From: Candidatus Daviesbacteria bacterium
Lineage (GTDB): Bacteria > Patescibacteriota > Microgenomatia > Daviesbacterales > UBA10151
Assembly: GCA_030699125.1 (NCBI GenBank)
Contig: JAUYKM010000009.1
Location: 291,365 to 355,364, forward strand
Length of the DNA stretch: 64,000 nt
Reading direction: 5' to 3'
A program made the position numbers and the translations under genes. The notes beneath the pieces are model-generated. The model saw only the letters and a program-made list of their open reading frames with translations, was not told where the DNA came from and searched no databases. Positions 59,980 to 64,000 of the stretch are shown here, one piece after another (the stretch's first letter is position 1; each line of letters opens with the position of its first letter).

Positions 59980-61512
59980 TCACAAATTTTTTCTCAAAAT
60001 AATTCTTCTTTCTGTTTGATGAAGTAAGTCTTTAGCTGAATGGGCTTCATAGCGCTCTACCACTATCCCATACACCCCTTTTTCCACTAGATATTCGAGA
60101 ACATGAGGATTGTGAGTTAAACTGCCGTAGGCTATAAATGGTATTTTGGCCTTAAGTAAAAGTCTAATCCCGTCTTCTAAAAATTTCATCAGTCCCTCTA
60201 CATCGTTTTTATAAGTAATTAATTCCTCATGATTTAAATCAAATCCATTCAAATGAGACACCAATTCATCTAGATTCAATACCACTCCATCTAGTCCTAC
60301 TTCCAGATAATTCTCCAGATTCAGGATATTTTCCGGTATTGCTGCTTCCATCCAGATTTGCAAGGAATTTTTTCTTACTAATTTTTTAGAAGATAACTCT
60401 TTTTTAATTTGCAAAAATTCATGTATTCCCCTGATAAAGGGAATAACAATATGAACATTACTTAAGACTTTTTTATACCTGATAAAATCCAGTGCATCCA
60501 AGATAGGTTCTCTTAGATTATCCTGATGCAAAAGCCTCAAAGTTCCTCTAATTTGTCCCATTCCTTCGGATTTATCGGCCAGTTTAAAAAGGATGGGGGA
60601 ATGGGGGAAAGTATTGGCTGCATCAACCACTCTCAAAATTAGATCCTCTAAGGATTCTCTGGGTTTATTTAAGTCAAAAATCTTTTCGGAGGATATATAT
60701 ACCCCATCCACTTCTTTCTCAACAACTAAACCTTGGGATAAATCTAAAAATACTTTAACAACACCTGTTCTGTCATTGCGAAGACCCTGCACCGATTCTG
60801 GTGCGGGGGACGAAGCAATCTGGGTAGGGTTATATTCCATCCTAGATTGCTTCATTTCATTCGCAATGACGGTGAAAGGAGTGTAAGGAAACACTCTTGT
60901 CAATTTGACTCCATTATCCACAATCCACTCGTACTCATGAGGTATAAATAACTTTCTGTTAGCTAACCTTACTAGCTCATCTAATTTCCTCATATCATTT
61001 GGGTGAGGCTTGCCTTTTTTAACTGTAATAACACTGTCATCCGAAATTGGATCAAAAAAAGCAGTACCCGAAGCCTCGAGCCTTTTTATAAAGATGACTA
61101 TTTGTGGTTCCAAATCTTGGGTAATCTTAGGATCAAACCCGCTATTCCATAATCGGTTTTTAATTTCAGTAAGCCAGGTTTGAAGCAGTTTCAACCAGAG
61201 GATTTTTACAGATTTGATCTCCTCACCAATGTAAAAAAGCTTTCTCTCTTGTGTTTCCCTAACTAAATTTTCAGGGATAGGAATATTACTGATCCCTTTT
61301 TCCATAAGAGTCCAACTCTCTTTATAAACCTCTTTGGTCCCAAAGTCATGCAGTTCTAGGGCAGTTTTTAATTTAAGGGTTGGAGGTGTAATTACTATTC
61401 CATTGGCAACAGGAAATTCAACTCTGGAAAGCTTGGCAAGGGATGTATTCAAACTGCCAAAAATTGGACTATCTTCATCTGTTAATAATTTTATAGGCAG
61501 GATTTCAATCAT
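59980..61512 (-). CDS. PEP-utilising-enzyme-like protein (PPDK_N-like nucleotide-binding N-domain)
   Basis: N-terminal FGSLNTSLAKLSRVEFPVANGIVITP resembles the pyruvate-phosphate-dikinase/PEP-synthase N-domain signature (GGKxAxL..VPxGFxIT). 510 aa. Confidence 0.35.
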   Translation of the reverse strand: MIEILPIKLLTDEDSPIFGSLNTSLAKLSRVEFPVANGIVITPPTLKLKTALELHDFGTKEVYKESWTLMEKGISNIPIPENLVRETQERKLFYIGEEIKSVKILWLKLLQTWLTEIKNRLWNSGFDPKITQDLEPQIVIFIKRLEASGTAFFDPISDDSVITVKKGKPHPNDMRKLDELVRLANRKLFIPHEYEWIVDNGVKLTRVFPYTPFTVIANEMKQSRMEYNPTQIASSPAPESVQGLRNDRTGVVKVFLDLSQGLVVEKEVDGVYISSEKIFDLNKPRESLEDLILRVVDAANTFPHSPILFKLADKSEGMGQIRGTLRLLHQDNLREPILDALDFIRYKKVLSNVHIVIPFIRGIHEFLQIKKELSSKKLVRKNSLQIWMEAAIPENILNLENYLEVGLDGVVLNLDELVSHLNGFDLNHEELITYKNDVEGLMKFLEDGIRLLLKAKIPFIAYGSLTHNPHVLEYLVEKGVYGIVVERYEAHSAKDLLHQTERRIILRKNL

Positions 61513-61988
61513 TTGAGAATTATTTTATCGCCCACTTTTATCTGAAATCGCTCCACAACTCCGGCATTAACCTCTAAGACCTTATCAACCTCTATTCTTG
61601 ATTGATATATGGGCAGATCCTCATCTTGCTGATTGGGCCTCGGCGATGGCACATTTTCAATAATATCCACTATCGTATCATCCCTGATCCAAATTAGATC
61701 CAGCGGGAATTTTAAACCTTTCATCCAGAAAGAGTATTGACCCTTATCAGGAAAAATAAACAGCATGCCGGAATCAGATGCCAGCGATTCTCTACCTCCC
61801 AATCCTTTGCTTCTTTTGGCTTGATCATCTGCAATCTCAACTTTGATCTCTCTGTCATTGATCCCTACAACACTTGAAGCTTCCGGTGAGGGTAAAAAAG
61901 GTAAAAAGGTAATCTGACGAGTATAGATATAGAAAGCCGCGGCAATTACAAAGAGGAGAGCAATTGACTGTACTAAAAACTTCTTCAT
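61509..61988 (-). CDS. DUF192 (COG1430) domain protein, membrane anchored
   Basis: GMLFIFPDKGQYSFWMKGLKFPLDLIWI matches the DUF192 core. Confidence 0.6.
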   Translation of the reverse strand: MKKFLVQSIALLFVIAAAFYIYTRQITFLPFLPSPEASSVVGINDREIKVEIADDQAKRSKGLGGRESLASDSGMLFIFPDKGQYSFWMKGLKFPLDLIWIRDDTIVDIIENVPSPRPNQQDEDLPIYQSRIEVDKVLEVNAGVVERFQIKVGDKIILK

Positions 61989-62009
61989 ACCTTAAGTTTA
62001 TCACAAAAT

Positions 62010-62660
62010 TTAACAGCTTCCCCAAAGCCCGCGCAGATTTTCTTTAGCTTCCCTCTCTGCAGCCCTAAATCTTTCATCGTATTTGACATCAGGCGGATAG
62101 GTTAGAACCTGGGCAAAACCTTCTCTGATCAGAAAGTCATTAATAAAAAGCATTCTTTCATCATCCAATGGCAAATAAACATACCTTAATAATCTGCTAT
62201 ATTTATCTGTTTCTGAAACATCTTTCTCTAAGGTAACAAACTGACCTTCCAAAAGTTCTTTTGTTTTCTGAGAAGCTTGTTTGCCAAAACATTCAACAGC
62301 CTTTGTGGGATGAACTGTCTCAGGGGTGTCTATTCCGATCAGTCTGATAGTTTGATTACCTATCCGGATGGTATCACCATCCACCACTTTGGTAACTAAA
62401 ACTGCCTCGTTTTTTGGTGAAGTAATAGCTGATGAGGTGGCTATAGATATTCCTTCAATTTGCGGAATAGGGGATGGGGTAGCTATTGGTTGCTTGTTTG
62501 TATTCAATCCAGTTACGATCAGCACTAAGCCTAAGATAAGGGGAAATAAGCCAATTATTAATGTTTTCTTTATATTCTGACTTTTCACTTTTCCCTTAAC
62601 CCTAATTACTAAATACCTGGGTAAACATTCTTCCATAAACTCCGCCATCAATTGCTCCAA
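62010..62660 (-). CDS. thermonuclease (staphylococcal-nuclease-like) family protein, membrane anchored
   Basis: VVDGDTIRIGNQTIRLIGIDTPE SNase motif after an N-terminal TM segment. Confidence 0.65.
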   Translation of the reverse strand: MEQLMAEFMEECLPRYLVIRVKGKVKSQNIKKTLIIGLFPLILGLVLIVTGLNTNKQPIATPSPIPQIEGISIATSSAITSPKNEAVLVTKVVDGDTIRIGNQTIRLIGIDTPETVHPTKAVECFGKQASQKTKELLEGQFVTLEKDVSETDKYSRLLRYVYLPLDDERMLFINDFLIREGFAQVLTYPPDVKYDERFRAAEREAKENLRGLWGSC

Positions 62661-63564
62661 TACCCACTTTTCCGTAATCCTCTGATAAAATATTTTCCCG
62701 GTGACCTTCTGAATTCATCAAGCCCTTGTGAGCCAGATCAACTGTTGGAGCATAGGCCAGATTCTCCCCGATTATTAGAAAATCTATACCAGCTTCAGTG
62801 GCTCTGTCTGCCACAGTTTTACCCTCAGGAGAATAGTGAGAAAAATAACCTCCCCTGAACATATCTTTACTGTGAGTCCTGGCCACTTCGGTTAATTTGG
62901 CATCAAAGGTCAGTGTATTTTTACCAAGTTTAGTTCTTTCTCTGTTGAGCAGATTTATCATCTCTCTCTCAGATGACTCGTCTATTTGGATTTCACTGGT
63001 TTGAAAGCCCAAATTAACTCTTTCATCTGTCTTGGGTTTAATGGTTAGAAATGTCAAAGTGTCACTAGTGATGCCCCCAAAGACATTCTTAACTGGTTGT
63101 TCTAAGCCGTAAGCCTTATCCAGTATTCGGCTGCCTATTTTGGAATCTAAAACAGCCTTTTTGATGGTCGGTTGGATGGGAAAAGTAGCAAGGAGCACCA
63201 AGGTTAATGAGATAAAAACTAAACCTCTTAAGAATGCAGGAATAATACCTAGATCTTCAATTAATGACCATTTGATACGGGGGATTTTGGGTAAGATTAG
63301 TCTGACCAGCAGGAAAAAGATGGTTTCCGAGATAAACCAGATGGTCATAAATCCGAGAACTAAAGCTAAGCCGTGGGGGATTTGAAAATTGATCTCCAAA
63401 AATTTGGCAGTAAAATTGTAATATCTGAAGGAGAGAAAGAGAGCCAGTAGAAAGCTTGTTAAATCTAAAGCTTCTAAAATGAGGGGTCTGCCAATAGCTT
63501 CAAGAGTGAAAAAAATGAGAGCAATAATGATGACTAAATCTACCCAGTTAAACCCGTAGACCAT
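62602..63564 (-). CDS. CvpA-like membrane domain fused to CAP/SCP (PR-1-like) domain protein
   Basis: N-terminal multi-TM CvpA-like region. C-terminal CAP domain (HSKDMFRGGYFSHYSPEGKT..GENLAY). The start is set at the internal MVYGF because upstream codons are antisense to tRNA-Lys. Confidence 0.5.
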   Translation of the reverse strand: MVYGFNWVDLVIIIALIFFTLEAIGRPLILEALDLTSFLLALFLSFRYYNFTAKFLEINFQIPHGLALVLGFMTIWFISETIFFLLVRLILPKIPRIKWSLIEDLGIIPAFLRGLVFISLTLVLLATFPIQPTIKKAVLDSKIGSRILDKAYGLEQPVKNVFGGITSDTLTFLTIKPKTDERVNLGFQTSEIQIDESSEREMINLLNRERTKLGKNTLTFDAKLTEVARTHSKDMFRGGYFSHYSPEGKTVADRATEAGIDFLIIGENLAYAPTVDLAHKGLMNSEGHRENILSEDYGKVGIGAIDGGVYGRMFTQVFSN

Positions 63565-63605
63565 AATCTCATAATGATAGCATAAAAGTGTTAAAATATA
63601 GGCAA

Positions 63606-63677
63606 GGTCCGGTAGCTCAACGGTAGAGCAGTGCCCTCTTAAGGCATTGGTTCTGAGTTCGAATCTCAGCCGGATCA
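63606..63677 (+). tRNA. tRNA-Lys (anticodon CTT)
   Basis: Acceptor GGTCCGG/CCGGATC, D-arm GCTC-AACGGTA-GAGC, anticodon loop CTCTTAA, T-arm CTGAG-TTCGAAT-CTCAG. Confidence 0.8.
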
Positions 63678-63768
63678 CCCAATGATAGAGGTAACATCTT
63701 TAATTATCACCTCCTTGGATATCTTTAAAATTAGTGCCAATTCCCTGAAAATGATAAAATGAATTCTG

Positions 63769-64000
63769 ATGAAACAAATTTTTGCCGCAGTTTTTGTAAT
63801 AATAGTAATTATCAGTTTTATCGTAGTGGCATTTACTTTAACTCAGGTTCAGCAGGAAGAGCAAAGATTAAAAACCAGCCTCAAGCAGAGATCCATATTA
63901 CTTGCCGAGAGCTTAAAAGAAACAGTCCAGCCGAATTTTATTAACAAATCAGACCAGCAATTGCAGAACTTGGTTGATAAGTTCGAAGATAAACAGAGAT
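63769..64000 (+). CDS. membrane-anchored protein, 3'-partial (possible sensor N-terminus)
   Basis: ATG at 63769 opens a stop-free frame to the window end: MKQIFAAVFVIIVIISFIVVAFTLTQVQQEEQRLKTSL... (TM helix then coiled-coil-like region). Confidence 0.4.
   Translation, partial: MKQIFAAVFVIIVIISFIVVAFTLTQVQQEEQRLKTSLKQRSILLAESLKETVQPNFINKSDQQLQNLVDKFEDKQR

Noticed and set aside
63565-63678. N-terminal 38 codons of ORF 62602..63678 (MIRLRFELRTNALRGHCSTVELPDLAY...)
   Set aside because: These codons are antisense to tRNA-Lys(CUU). The CDS most likely starts at the internal MVYGFNWV (63564).

Overview
This 64-kb window looks like a low-GC, streamlined bacterial genome, most consistent with Patescibacteria/CPR. 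Proteins are small and Lys/Ile/Asn-rich, there is a type IV pilus locus, and genes are tightly packed; this lineage call is an inference from composition and gene content only. Housekeeping content includes gatCAB, dnaE, rplS, rnhB, a PolX polymerase, htpX, secG, rsmI, a uvrC/uvrA/uvrB cluster with a divergent lexA, a pilB/pilC locus with five pilin-like genes next to a two-component regulatory cluster, and six tRNAs. The most striking region is a tRNA-Gly(CCC)-linked accessory island of about 9.7 kb (1290-11004), which is compositionally atypical (GC-richer, Ala/Arg/Gly/Pro-rich proteins). It opens with a large serine recombinase flanked by a perfect 103-bp inverted repeat. A second 106-bp inverted-repeat pair with 3 mismatches brackets 7.7 kb of cargo. 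The cargo holds a co-directional four-gene operon: a GHKL-type ATPase protein, an HExxH metallopeptidase-like protein, a protein with a C-terminal ribbon-helix-helix, and a compact OLD-family ABC-ATPase/Toprim nuclease. This is a candidate, apparently undescribed multi-gene anti-phage module. The island also contains a roughly 600-nt GC-rich, hairpin-dense non-coding stretch that may be a large structured RNA. Other accessory signals are a 3.3-kb segment at tRNA-Lys(UUU) flanked by imperfect 47-bp direct repeats (NYN-domain cargo, then a Fic gene) and an upstream motif shared by the NYN and Fic genes. Further signals are an internally deleted IS481-family transposase remnant next to tRNA-Thr, an (AGT)11 in-frame microsatellite inside a sensor kinase, duplicated terminator hairpins that the ORF caller mistranslated as N-termini, and 28-bp direct repeats flanking a lipoprotein gene. 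No CRISPR array or rRNA gene is present.
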